This document shows positions 26,601-35,012 of a DNA stretch of 40,335 nt, in pieces. Location of the stretch: the IMG/VR virus record IMGVR_UViG_3300001528_000059, positions 1 through 40,335 of that record; one strand, written 5' to 3'. Made by a program: the position numbers and the translations under genes. Source of the stretch: a virus. The notes below the pieces were generated by a model that ran no database searches, was not told the origin of the DNA, and was given only the letters and a program-made list of their open reading frames with translations. Within the stretch, counting starts at the first letter, position 1. Each line of letters begins with the position of its first letter.

Positions 26601-26735
26601 CAGCAGTATTTCACCGCTATGCTGGAAAATGCGCAGCGCGGCATTGTGCTTGATTCTGGAACGCTTGTGGGCGAACTTGCCCCGGCAATGGATGAAGCCC
26701 TTGGCGAAATCTATTACAGGAAAGGAAGGGAATAA
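23658..26735 (+). CDS. Tape measure protein
   Basis: 1025 aa. TTG start 10 nt after AAAGGAG. Internal W-containing helical repeats. Confidence 0.9.
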   Translation: MELFKLFGTIAINNDEANQAIDDTVGKAKTSEGSLSSTFKKVGTAVAAAFSVQKIVDFGVQSVNTLQGFEDSMLKVQALSGATADQYQQLSDAALHYGSTTAWTSQNVADAMGYMALAGFDTNEILSATPGVLSLASASGEDLATVSDILTDAMTGFGDSASDATRYADVLATTQAKSNTTVGMLGEAFTYVSSLAGTYSYSLEDVSTALGVMANAGVKGSMAGTSLSSVITRLGTNTSGARDAIEELGVQFYNTDGTARPLGDVLVDLCDATANMTTEQKASLASTVAGAEAQKGLLAILNQGSSAYTDLNQKLKESSGNADEMANTLESGLGGAMRSLSSAWEGFKIKLAQKFEVPLSDLIHKLADFITGSAIPALDNFVSAITPVVEALINFGKWMQEGSAGAELLKGVIVAVTAAFTAWQAIAAAQSLWTKLTSGIQKAKTAFTALNAAMAANPIGVVIAVITALVAAFVYLWNTSEGFRNFWIGAWEAIKSAFNTAVEAVSTGIQNFITWFQDFIASIEQFIADLKQGIQDKLDEIHQAWDDAWNTIQTTVEGIFSAISETVSNFVDGVQAFFQGLYEGVQAAWDTICNVVQVAILFVQELLNAAVEILMIPWNFIWENFGEALTSAWEGFKQGISDALDAISSTIQDVWNAIVEFLTPLLEAIADVFTRTWENIREMVTTVVNTVSDVIQTVWNAIVEFLTPILQGIHDTFVTTWNAVQNTVQTVVTAIQTFLQTAWNTITSLIQTAMNTIHNVIQTVWNTIKTVIQTVMTAIQSVLTSIWNTIKSVVQSVLNTIQSIVSSVWNTVKSVTTSVWNGISSTISSVINTVKNVISSGLNAAHSTVSNVFNSIRNTISNIMNGAANVVSGAINKIKGFFNFSWSLPHLKMPHPYISGSFSLNPPSVPSFGIDWYAKGGILTEPTLFSLNPKTGRASVGGEAGDEAVAPIETLLTYIRTAVGEQNGDLAARIDRLIELLQQYFTAMLENAQRGIVLDSGTLVGELAPAMDEALGEIYYRKGRE
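25615..26190 (+). repeat. Degenerate tandem repeats inside the tape measure gene
   Basis: Repeated (V/I)WN(A/T)I...TV(V/I)QT units. Near-identical DNA TGGAACGC(T/C)ATTGTGGA(G/A)TTCCTGAC at about 25619 and about 25753. Confidence 0.55.
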
Positions 26736-27443
26736 ATGACCGGCGTAAGATTTGGCACAAAACACAGTTATGATGATTTTGGGCTGATTCTTTCCAAGAA
26801 AGAAATCACCCTTCCTGACCCCAAAACAGAAACAGTTGATGTGTATGGCCGTGATGGTGTACTTGACCTGTCTGAAGGTCTGACCGATGACATCAAGTTC
26901 AAAAACCGTAAATTGACCTTCACATTCACTGTCCGCAATGGTCTGACCTACTGGACATCAGCCCTGTCCAATCTTTCCAACTATCTGCATGGGCGCAAGA
27001 TGCAGATTATTCTTGACGCTGACAAAACCTTCTATTATTACGGCAGATGCACCGTTGACCAATTCAAGACGGATAAACGCCTTGCAACCATCGTGGTTGT
27101 CTGTGATGTTGAACCGTACAAAATTGAAGTAAATGGCGCTGGTATGCCGTGGATGTGGGATACCTTCAGTTTTGTCAATGGTATCATCCATGTGAACACC
27201 GTCACACTGAAGAACAATGAAAGCGTCACACTGAACCTAATTAACCTGAAGAAAAAGGTTTCACCCACGGTGACAACCACGGGAAAAATCAAGTTCACAT
27301 TCAACGATTTTTCGGACACCTTCACCGGGAAGAAAACCTTGGTGGATGTCCGTCTGACAGAGGGTGATAACAATGTAACTATTACTTGTTTAGATACCAA
27401 CGGCGCAAGCGTAAATATTGCCTATAAAGGGGGTTCGTTGTAA
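26736..27443 (+). CDS. Distal tail protein (Dit)
   Basis: The N-terminal FGTKHSYDDFGLILSKKEITLPDPKTETVDVYGRDGVLDLSE pattern is typical of siphovirus Dit. Position after the tape measure. Confidence 0.75.
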   Translation: MTGVRFGTKHSYDDFGLILSKKEITLPDPKTETVDVYGRDGVLDLSEGLTDDIKFKNRKLTFTFTVRNGLTYWTSALSNLSNYLHGRKMQIILDADKTFYYYGRCTVDQFKTDKRLATIVVVCDVEPYKIEVNGAGMPWMWDTFSFVNGIIHVNTVTLKNNESVTLNLINLKKKVSPTVTTTGKIKFTFNDFSDTFTGKKTLVDVRLTEGDNNVTITCLDTNGASVNIAYKGGSL

Positions 27444-30004
27444 TGTACCAAGTATTTTGCGATGATGCCTTGATTTATGACTTGCGTGATGAAGAATTGA
27501 CCCTGCTTGAACCCAAGGTCACACTTGAAATGAACAAAGCAGGGTCTTTTTCCTTCAAGTTCCCGCCTGACCATCCACACATTGACCTTCCGCAAAAGAT
27601 GAAATCCCTGATTGTTGTGAAGCAAGATGGAGAAGAAATCTTCAGCGGCAGACCCACAAAGTCTTACACTGACTTCTACAAACGGCGGTATGTGTACTGT
27701 GAAGGCGAACTGGCCTATCTGAATGATAGTATCCAACGCCCGGCAGAATACCACAATATGACCGTTCGTGGGTATCTGGAAACCCTGATTCAAGCCCACA
27801 ATGAACAGGTCACAGAAGACAAACGCTTTGAAGTCGGTATTGTCACGGTCACTGACCCCAATGATTCCCTGTATCGCTACACCAACTACAACAGTACCAT
27901 GAGGGAACTGAAGGAAGATTTGGTTGATGACCTTGGCGGTTATTTGCGTGTCAGGAATCATCTTGGCCACAAGTATCTTGACTATGTGACAGATTTTGGG
28001 AACACCTGTTCACAGGTCATTGAATTTGGTGAAAATCTGCTGGATTTTACACAGAATTTTGATGCCACGAACATTGCCACAGCAATCATTCCCCTTGGCG
28101 CAAAGCTGGAAACAAGCCAATTCACCGCTATTGATGAACGGCAGACCATCAAGGAAGTCAATGATGGTAAAGATTATGTCTATTCTGAAGACGCTGTGAA
28201 GCAGTATGGATGGATATTCAAAACCATGACATGGGATTCTGTGAACAATCCCAAAATCCTGATGTCTAAGGGCAAGAAGTACCTGACAGACACACAGTTT
28301 GAAAACGTCACGATTGAAGCAAAGGCCATTGACCTTCATCTGACCGATGCCGAAATTGAACAGTTCAAACTTGGCGATTCCGTAAGGGTTCTTTCTTCCC
28401 CGCATGGCCTTGACCGCTATTTTCCGCTGACCAAAATGACTGTGAACTTGGATAAACCCGCCAACAACACTGTCACGCTGGGTATCACAGAAAAGAAGTC
28501 ATTGACTGCCGTTTCCAGCATCATCAACGACAAAACCAACAACGCTGCAAACAACATCCTGAATAAGTCCGCTATCCTGAAGGAAGCGCAAGACCAAGCA
28601 ACCGCCCTGATTACTGCTGCTACACATGGCCACGTTGTCACAACTGCCAATGAACAGTTGATTATGGACACAGACGATGTGAAGACAGCAACAAAATTGT
28701 GGCGCTGGAATTTGAATGGCCTTGGATACTCTAAGACCGGCTATAACGGCACTTATGAGACGGCAATCACGATGGACGGCAGTATTGTTGGCGAACGTCT
28801 GACCGCTGGTTCTGTGGCCGCTGATAAGCTGTCAGTGGCATATAAACAGAGCGTGGAAAAGTCCATCAGCGAAAGCGCCACAAAGGCCACAAATGATGCC
28901 AACGAAAACACCGCCAATGCCCTGAAATCCTACTACACCAAGCAGGAAACTGAAACAGCAATTCAGAACAATGCGCAGCAGATTCTTCTTTCTGCGCAGA
29001 AAACTTCTGAAACCTATGTTGACAATCAGCTTACCAACTATGCGACATCCGCACAGTTGACCGTAGCAACAAACAGCATTCTGCTTCAGGTTTCCGAAAA
29101 ATACGCCACGCAAGATTCCCTTGGTAATTACACCAAAACTTCTGAAATCCGTTCTAAATTTGCCCTTGACCCTTCCAGCGTTACGATTGAAAGCGGCCTT
29201 GTGACCTTCAAATCTGACACGCTGGTTATTGATAGCACTAATTTCAAGCTGTCAAAAAACGGTGCGGTCACAGCAACAGGAAATTTCAAAACACCGGGTT
29301 CATTACAAAGTGGTCTGATGGGCTATGCCCGAATGGCCACAGAAGGCTTCAAAGTTTACAAATATGATTCTGGTGAAGATGAAAGTTCTGCTGTCCTTTG
29401 TTCTGATTTGAATACAGAAATGGGCAAAAAATGCGGCTTTTTGGAGTTGCGGCAAGATGGCAAAGTTGGTGCTCGTCTTGTTGCAGATAAGGGATATGGG
29501 CTTGTTATTTACAATGCGGATGGTGCAAAATCTGTATTTTATGCGAACCGCGATAATGCTGGTAACGGTGCTATGGGTGTTCTTAGTTCTGAAGGAAATA
29601 CCAAAGGGTCTATTGGTGTGACATCCGAAGGAAATGGCATTTTCAGACTATACAACAATCAAAATCAACAAAATTTTGCTATGTGGTCTGGAACTGAAGG
29701 ACGGCCAAATTTTATGATATACAGCACCACCAAACAACAGCTTTATGGCTTTTGGGAAGATACTTCAGGATATTCTCACATCCAGCTTAGAGCAAGTAAT
29801 GGAAATACACAAGTGGAGATTGGCGGTAATACTTCTGGTGGAAGTATTACGTTATATGACAATGGTGGTGGCGGCTGGCAAACAATTTTCATGGATGGAA
29901 CAAAGCGTGTTGGATGTTTTGAAAAAATTTATGCTGGTTCAACAAAAACTGTAAAATGGGTTTGGTACAGTGCGTTAAATGCGTATGTCCTGACCGGCAC
30001 ATGA
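27443..30004 (+). CDS. Tail-associated protein (Tal / prophage tail endopeptidase family)
   Basis: 853 aa after Dit. The N-terminal LLEPKVTLEMNKAGSFSFKFP is typical of the family. Confidence 0.7.
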   Translation: MYQVFCDDALIYDLRDEELTLLEPKVTLEMNKAGSFSFKFPPDHPHIDLPQKMKSLIVVKQDGEEIFSGRPTKSYTDFYKRRYVYCEGELAYLNDSIQRPAEYHNMTVRGYLETLIQAHNEQVTEDKRFEVGIVTVTDPNDSLYRYTNYNSTMRELKEDLVDDLGGYLRVRNHLGHKYLDYVTDFGNTCSQVIEFGENLLDFTQNFDATNIATAIIPLGAKLETSQFTAIDERQTIKEVNDGKDYVYSEDAVKQYGWIFKTMTWDSVNNPKILMSKGKKYLTDTQFENVTIEAKAIDLHLTDAEIEQFKLGDSVRVLSSPHGLDRYFPLTKMTVNLDKPANNTVTLGITEKKSLTAVSSIINDKTNNAANNILNKSAILKEAQDQATALITAATHGHVVTTANEQLIMDTDDVKTATKLWRWNLNGLGYSKTGYNGTYETAITMDGSIVGERLTAGSVAADKLSVAYKQSVEKSISESATKATNDANENTANALKSYYTKQETETAIQNNAQQILLSAQKTSETYVDNQLTNYATSAQLTVATNSILLQVSEKYATQDSLGNYTKTSEIRSKFALDPSSVTIESGLVTFKSDTLVIDSTNFKLSKNGAVTATGNFKTPGSLQSGLMGYARMATEGFKVYKYDSGEDESSAVLCSDLNTEMGKKCGFLELRQDGKVGARLVADKGYGLVIYNADGAKSVFYANRDNAGNGAMGVLSSEGNTKGSIGVTSEGNGIFRLYNNQNQQNFAMWSGTEGRPNFMIYSTTKQQLYGFWEDTSGYSHIQLRASNGNTQVEIGGNTSGGSITLYDNGGGGWQTIFMDGTKRVGCFEKIYAGSTKTVKWVWYSALNAYVLTGT

Positions 30005-30014
30005 GGTAACAAAA

Positions 30015-30245
30015 ATGAATAAAGGTATCAATTTTGCAAGCGCTGAACTGAAGGAAACTTTGGTTCAGAAAATCAATGAAAGCGGCGTTCCTGCTGTGAA
30101 TGTGCGTGGTATTCTGTGTGAACTGTTGGAACAGGTCACGGATGCCGAAAAGCGCCTGATTGCACAGGAACGCGCTGAATATGAAGCAGCCGTCAAGGCT
30201 GAAGCAGAAGCAAAGAAAGAAGGTTCTAAAGATGGCAAACATTGA
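30015..30245 (+). CDS. Hypothetical 76-aa protein
   Basis: GAGGTAA RBS. Helical, Glu/Lys/Ala-rich C-terminus. Confidence 0.5.
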   Translation: MNKGINFASAELKETLVQKINESGVPAVNVRGILCELLEQVTDAEKRLIAQERAEYEAAVKAEAEAKKEGSKDGKH

Positions 30246-32346
30246 CCCGTATATCAAACAGATTCAGGATGCCGTCTATGGCGAAGAAGTTCGTTCTTCC
30301 ATCATCAACGCCTTGAAAAAGGTCAATGATGACAACGAAAGCTACAATGACCTGAAGAAAGACGTTGTGGCCGCCAAAGACACAGTGGTTGAACAGGTGG
30401 CCGCTTTTGATGCCAAAGTATCTGCCGCCAAGGATGCCACGGCGGCGCTGGTTCAGGCCACGTCTAATGCCAACAGTGCCAAGACAAACCTGGCCAACGC
30501 AACTTCCACCGCGAACACGGCCAAAGACAATTTGACCAAGGCCACATCCACGGCCAACACCGCGAAAACCAATCTTGAAACGGCCACAAAGAACGCCAAC
30601 ACAGCAATCACCAACGCTGGTACAGCTAAGACCAACTTGGAAAACACCATTACTAACGCTGGTACGGCAAAGACACAGCTTCAGGCGGTCATTGACGCGG
30701 CAAACACAGTGAAGACCGCCCTTGGCACTTCCACCGATACCGCGAATACCGCTAAGACCAACCTTGACACGGCGATTAAAAACGCCAATACCGCGAAAAG
30801 TCAGCTTCAGACCGTCATCGACAATGCCGGTACTGTGAAAGAATCGCTGTCCAGTGTCATCACACAAGCCGCAACCGCCAAACAGAATCTTGATAATTCT
30901 GTTGCAACGGCCAACGCCATTCTTCAGAGTTTGACAGCGGAAAATACTTCTGCAAAGTCGAACCTGTCCGAACTGCGCAGCGAGAATTTCAATAGTCAGG
31001 AAATCCTTGCCGGTGTTGCTGACTTGCGCGCCTATCTTGGCCTGTCTGATGATGACATCCTTGGCCTTCAGGTTGACTACAAAAACAAGACCTTCAAGCG
31101 TCTGGCCGGTGCAACCAATCTGTCTGCTGGTTCTGACTTTGATGCCTTCCCCATGTACGGCGGGCGCAAGCGCTGCAACGTGGCCGATGATGGCACAATC
31201 AATGCTTGGTACGGCGATGACGGTTATACAGAGGATGGCAGCAACGGTCAAGTCATGGTTTATCAGCCCAAATTCTATTATTTGGTCTGCCCGGTAGTCT
31301 ATGACCCCATCACCACAACCGGCATTGGTTATCATCTGCGCAAGGCCAACTATTATGTCAGCGCCAAGGCACGTCCGGGCTTCCGTCTGCACCCTGCCTT
31401 CTATGATGCCAACGGCAATGAAGTTGAATATGTCATGGAATCTGCTTTTGAAGGCAGCATCTTTGACGCTTCTGCTTCTGCCTATCTGCTGGAAAATGAA
31501 CAGGTCATGGATGCCGCCGCTGACAAGTTCTGTTCTATCGCCGGTGCAAGACCGGCAACAGGTCATAGTCAGAATCTGACCCGTGACATGGTTGAAAAAC
31601 TGGCCGCAAACCGTGGCACTGGTTGGCACGGTGACACCATCAAGGTTGAATCCGCATCACAGCTACTTATGATTATCGAACTTGGCCTGATGAACGCACA
31701 GAACGCCATTGGGCAGGGTGTTGTCAACGTGCCTTGGACAACTGGCAGCGATACCACAACCCCGTATGCTGCACGAACCGGCAGCACTTCCGCACTTGGC
31801 AACGGCACTGGCCGCGCTGCATCTACTGTCAGCTATCCCGGCAACGTGGAAACCACAGAGACGGCGAACGGCAAGACTTCCGTTTCTTGGCGCGGCAAAG
31901 AAAACCCTTGGGGCAACCTTTGGAAGTTTGTTGGTGGCATGAACATCTATGGCAACGGCAAAATGGATGGCGGTCAGCCCTACATCTGCAATGATTTCAA
32001 CTTCAATGAATCAAAGCACGATGGCAACTATGAAGCCGCTGGATTCACCGTCACTCCGGCCAATGGCTACATTTCCGCAATGGGCTATTCCACCGCTTGT
32101 GATTGGCTGTTTGTTGCTTCTGAAACGAACGGCAACAGCAACCTTCCCGTTGGTGATTACATCTATGTCACGCAGAACCTGAACGGTTCCCGGATTGCTC
32201 TTTTGGGCGGTTCTTGGGGTAATGGCACTGCTGCTGGGCCTTTCTATTGGATTCTGACTAACGGCGTGGGTAGTCGTGCTCGGAATGTCGGCGGTCGGCT
32301 CGTGTATGTTCCCAATGCTGAAAATCAGCAGACTGTGACCATCTAA
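30232..32346 (+). CDS. Tail fibre / receptor-binding protein, DGR target
   Basis: ATG 30232 (MANIDPYIKQIQDAVYGEEV, a typical fibre N-terminus). Central 14-aa repeat region. C-terminal LLGGSWGNG...GGRLVY segment that carries the VR. Confidence 0.85.
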   Translation: MANIDPYIKQIQDAVYGEEVRSSIINALKKVNDDNESYNDLKKDVVAAKDTVVEQVAAFDAKVSAAKDATAALVQATSNANSAKTNLANATSTANTAKDNLTKATSTANTAKTNLETATKNANTAITNAGTAKTNLENTITNAGTAKTQLQAVIDAANTVKTALGTSTDTANTAKTNLDTAIKNANTAKSQLQTVIDNAGTVKESLSSVITQAATAKQNLDNSVATANAILQSLTAENTSAKSNLSELRSENFNSQEILAGVADLRAYLGLSDDDILGLQVDYKNKTFKRLAGATNLSAGSDFDAFPMYGGRKRCNVADDGTINAWYGDDGYTEDGSNGQVMVYQPKFYYLVCPVVYDPITTTGIGYHLRKANYYVSAKARPGFRLHPAFYDANGNEVEYVMESAFEGSIFDASASAYLLENEQVMDAAADKFCSIAGARPATGHSQNLTRDMVEKLAANRGTGWHGDTIKVESASQLLMIIELGLMNAQNAIGQGVVNVPWTTGSDTTTPYAARTGSTSALGNGTGRAASTVSYPGNVETTETANGKTSVSWRGKENPWGNLWKFVGGMNIYGNGKMDGGQPYICNDFNFNESKHDGNYEAAGFTVTPANGYISAMGYSTACDWLFVASETNGNSNLPVGDYIYVTQNLNGSRIALLGGSWGNGTAAGPFYWILTNGVGSRARNVGGRLVYVPNAENQQTVTI
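30457..30850 (+). repeat. About 42-bp (14-aa) tandem repeats ANTAKTNLxxAxxx in the fibre shaft
   Basis: Seven or more degenerate units can be read in the translation (ANSAKTNLANATST, ANTAKDNLTKATST, ANTAKTNLETATKN ...). Confidence 0.6.
32187..32308 (+). repeat. DGR variable region (VR)
   Basis: Gap-free alignment to the TR at an offset of 244 nt. 29 mismatches, all opposite TR adenines. Confidence 0.9.
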
Positions 32347-32430
32347 GCACCGTCTGCATCATGGGTTAAGTAAGGCTGATATTGTTTCACACACTGTTTA
32401 CAGCATCAGACCAAGCCACAAAATTGAAGT

Positions 32431-32552
32431 ATAAAAGATTACTCAATTAGGCAGTAATTGGAATAATGGCACTAATGCTGAGCCTTTCTATTGGAATCTG
32501 AATAACAGCGTAGGTAATCGTAATCGGAATATCAGCGGTCAGCTCGAATATG
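32431..32552 (+). repeat. DGR template repeat (TR)
   Basis: Non-coding copy of the VR. AAT/AAC at the positions that vary. Stop codons in the VR frame. Confidence 0.9.
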
Positions 32553-32775
32553 CAATAAAAAATTAGTTGATTATCAGCCTTGAAGCCAAATTTTCAGGGT
32601 TGATTTTCATATAAATCTTTGACCTGCTTGACCCCGCCCCTTGGCGAAACACAGAAAACAATCTGCAAGATTGACCCACCCCGTCAAAGCCGGGTTGGGA
32701 AAGAAGGCTGTGCTGGTAGGTGGATAACACAACACCGTTTGAAGGCTTGGCTGATTGCATACAAAAACAAACAGT

Positions 32776-33879
32776 ATGAAAAGATACGGTAATTTATACG
32801 AAAAAATCTGTTCACTTGATAATTTGAGACTTGCCCACCAAAACGCCAAGAAAGGTAAGGGCTGGTATCAAGAAGTTAAGATGATAGATAAAGACCCTGA
32901 CCGATGGCTGAAGGAAGTGCAGACAATGCTTGTGCTGCACACCTTCAGAACATCGGAATATCAGGTGTTCTACAAACGTGAAGGCAGGAAAAACCGCAAA
33001 ATCTACAAACTACCATACTTCCCGGATAGAATTGTTCAATGGGCAGTTCTTCAGGTCATTGATGAATACCTTATCAAGAATCTGACAGATGACACCTATT
33101 CTGCAATTCCCGGCAGGGGAATTAATCTTGCATTGACCCGGCTTCAGGACGCTATGTGGTACGATGTGGAAAATTGCCAATTCTGCCTGAAGATTGATGC
33201 AAGGCACTACTACCAAAGCATTGACCACGACATTCTGAAGCAGAAATACCGGCGCTTGTTCAAAGATGATGAACTGCTGGCCGTACTGGATGAAATCATT
33301 GACAGCATTGATACCGCTGACCTTGATGACCTGTTGAGATTGGAAGCAACGCCGATTGACCACAAAGGCCTTCCGATTGGAAACTATCATTCACAGTATG
33401 GCGGTAACTTCTACTTTTCCAGCTTTGACCACTGGATTAAAGAGGTCAAGCACATCAAGCACTATTTCAGGTACATGGATGATATAGTCATCTTTGCCAA
33501 GACAAAGGAAGAACTTCACGAACTGTTCAAAGAAGTTCAGGAATATTTCAAGGTGAATCTGAAGTTGACTATCAAAGACAACTGGCAAATCTTCCCCACT
33601 TATGAACGCGGGGTTGATTTCCTTGGATACAGAACCTTCCTTGGGTATTCCATCCTTAGAAAGTCCACCTGTGAAGAAATGAAGCGCAAGATGACCCGTA
33701 TCCGCGTGAAATGTGAATCAGGTCAGATGATGAACTATTCTGAATATTGCGCGGTCAATTCCTATTCAGGATGGATGAAACCTTGCAGCAGCTTCAGACT
33801 TAAACAGAAGTATATTGAACCGTTGCTTCCATACTGTGAAAGATACTATGAAACCAATATCAAACGAAAGGCGGCTTGA
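32776..33879 (+). CDS. DGR-type reverse transcriptase
   Basis: MKRYGNLYEKICSLDNLRLAHQNAKKGK N-terminus, LPIGNYHSQYGGNFY (DGR-specific IGxxxSQ) and RYMDDIVIF (YxDD). Confidence 0.9.
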   Translation: MKRYGNLYEKICSLDNLRLAHQNAKKGKGWYQEVKMIDKDPDRWLKEVQTMLVLHTFRTSEYQVFYKREGRKNRKIYKLPYFPDRIVQWAVLQVIDEYLIKNLTDDTYSAIPGRGINLALTRLQDAMWYDVENCQFCLKIDARHYYQSIDHDILKQKYRRLFKDDELLAVLDEIIDSIDTADLDDLLRLEATPIDHKGLPIGNYHSQYGGNFYFSSFDHWIKEVKHIKHYFRYMDDIVIFAKTKEELHELFKEVQEYFKVNLKLTIKDNWQIFPTYERGVDFLGYRTFLGYSILRKSTCEEMKRKMTRIRVKCESGQMMNYSEYCAVNSYSGWMKPCSSFRLKQKYIEPLLPYCERYYETNIKRKAA

Positions 33880-33881
33880 CC

Positions 33882-34148
33882 ATGACTGACTTTGGAAAAA
33901 CAAGAAGCACCGTGAAGCCTGAAGAACTGGAAATCACTGAATCTTTGGTTTTTGTTGCTTCCAACATCCAGCCCATCAAAGAGGATGGCGCAGATGAAAA
34001 CCCCGGCTTTGAAGGGTATGAATATGACCTGATTTCCTATAGCAAGGATGAATATATTCAGCTTCAGGCTGAAGCAAACGCGTCCTTGACTGAACAGATG
34101 ACACAGACACAGCTTGCCCTGTGTGATGTGTATGAAATGATGGTGTAA
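33882..34148 (+). CDS. Acidic hypothetical protein
   Basis: ATG 33882 after GAAAGGCGG. 88 aa. No family recognised. Confidence 0.5.
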   Translation: MTDFGKTRSTVKPEELEITESLVFVASNIQPIKEDGADENPGFEGYEYDLISYSKDEYIQLQAEANASLTEQMTQTQLALCDVYEMMV

Positions 34149-34162
34149 AGGGGTGAACCACT

Positions 34163-34267
34163 ATGGCTGCTATCTATGCAAACCTTATCCGCAAAGGTCT
34201 GAAAACGCTTGATGATGTACCGGCCAAGCTGAAGGACAGCGTGAAGGCGCTGCTGAATGCTGCATGA
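34163..34267 (+). CDS. CD1375-like small protein, copy 1 (34 aa, below track cutoff)
   Basis: MAAIYANLIRKGLKTLDDVPAKLKDSVKALLNAA. Paralogue of the next ORF. Confidence 0.6.
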   Translation: MAAIYANLIRKGLKTLDDVPAKLKDSVKALLNAA

Positions 34268-34308
34268 TACGGCGCATCTTCAAATTCATCAGAAAGGAAG
34301 TGTTTTAC

Positions 34309-34434
34309 ATGGCTGTCATCTATGCAACCCTGATTGTGAAGGGTAAGAAGACCATCAACGATGTTCCCGCAAAGTTGGTGGAACAGGTGAAGGAAATCCT
34401 GATTGACCTTGACCTTCCTGAACTGGCGCAGTAA
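34309..34434 (+). CDS. CD1375-like small protein, copy 2 (41 aa)
   Basis: MAVIYATLIVKGKKTINDVPAKLVEQVKEILIDLDLPELAQ. AGAAAGGAAG RBS. Confidence 0.6.
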   Translation: MAVIYATLIVKGKKTINDVPAKLVEQVKEILIDLDLPELAQ

Positions 34435-34500
34435 GCGCCTGAAAGAAGCCCTGCAAGGGGCTTGTGTCCGCAAGAAACAAGTTATCCGTAAATAGCAAAT

Positions 34501-34549
34501 AAACCCGCTGGACGGCCTGAATGAAGGGCTGACAGCGGGTTTCTTATTT
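34501..34549 (+). terminator. Stem-loop / terminator upstream of the holin gene
   Basis: AAACCCGCTG ... CAGCGGGTTT (10-bp stem, 22-nt loop) followed by CTTATTTG. Confidence 0.45.
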
Positions 34550-34571
34550 GCCACAGAAAGGAAAACACAAA

Positions 34572-35012
34572 ATGAATGAAATCAAGACTGCTATCTGTTC
34601 CATCATCGGCATTGTCGGCGGTATGATTGCTTCTTTTTTCGGGGGCTGGGATGCTGCTTTGACAACGCTTGTTCTGTTCATGGTCATTGACTATGCTTCC
34701 GGCCTGATTGTGGCCGGTGTCTTTCATGCGTCCCGCAAAACGGAAAGTGGCACACTGGAAAGCCGCGCCGGTTGGAAGGGGCTGTGCCGTAAGGGCATGA
34801 CCCTTCTGTTTGTCCTGATTGCATACCGGCTTGACCTTGCCATTGGTGTCAACTACATCCGTGATACCGTTATCATTGGATTCATTGCAAACGAACTGAT
34901 TTCTATTGTTGAAAACGCTGGCCTGATGGGGATTCCGCTTCCGTCTGTCATCACCAAGGCCATTGATGTTTTGACAAAGAAGGGGGATGAACTGAATGGC
35001 GGCAGTAACTAA
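34572..35012 (+). CDS. Holin (phage_holin_4_1-like)
   Basis: Three or four TM segments. VIDYASGLIVAG and ANELISIVENAGLMGIP motifs. Directly upstream of the endolysin. Confidence 0.8.
   Translation: MNEIKTAICSIIGIVGGMIASFFGGWDAALTTLVLFMVIDYASGLIVAGVFHASRKTESGTLESRAGWKGLCRKGMTLLFVLIAYRLDLAIGVNYIRDTVIIGFIANELISIVENAGLMGIPLPSVITKAIDVLTKKGDELNGGSN

Larger units (their letters stand above)
30232..33879 (+). mobile_element. Diversity-generating retroelement cassette (target-VR, TR, RT; no Avd seen)
   Basis: See the VR, TR and RT features. Confidence 0.9.

Noticed and set aside
32755-33879. The reverse transcriptase as a retron or group II intron RT
   Set aside because: A TR/VR pair with adenine-only mismatches and the IGxxxSQ motif identify it as a DGR RT. 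No intron domain V/VI-like RNA or msr/msd-like inverted repeats were seen nearby.
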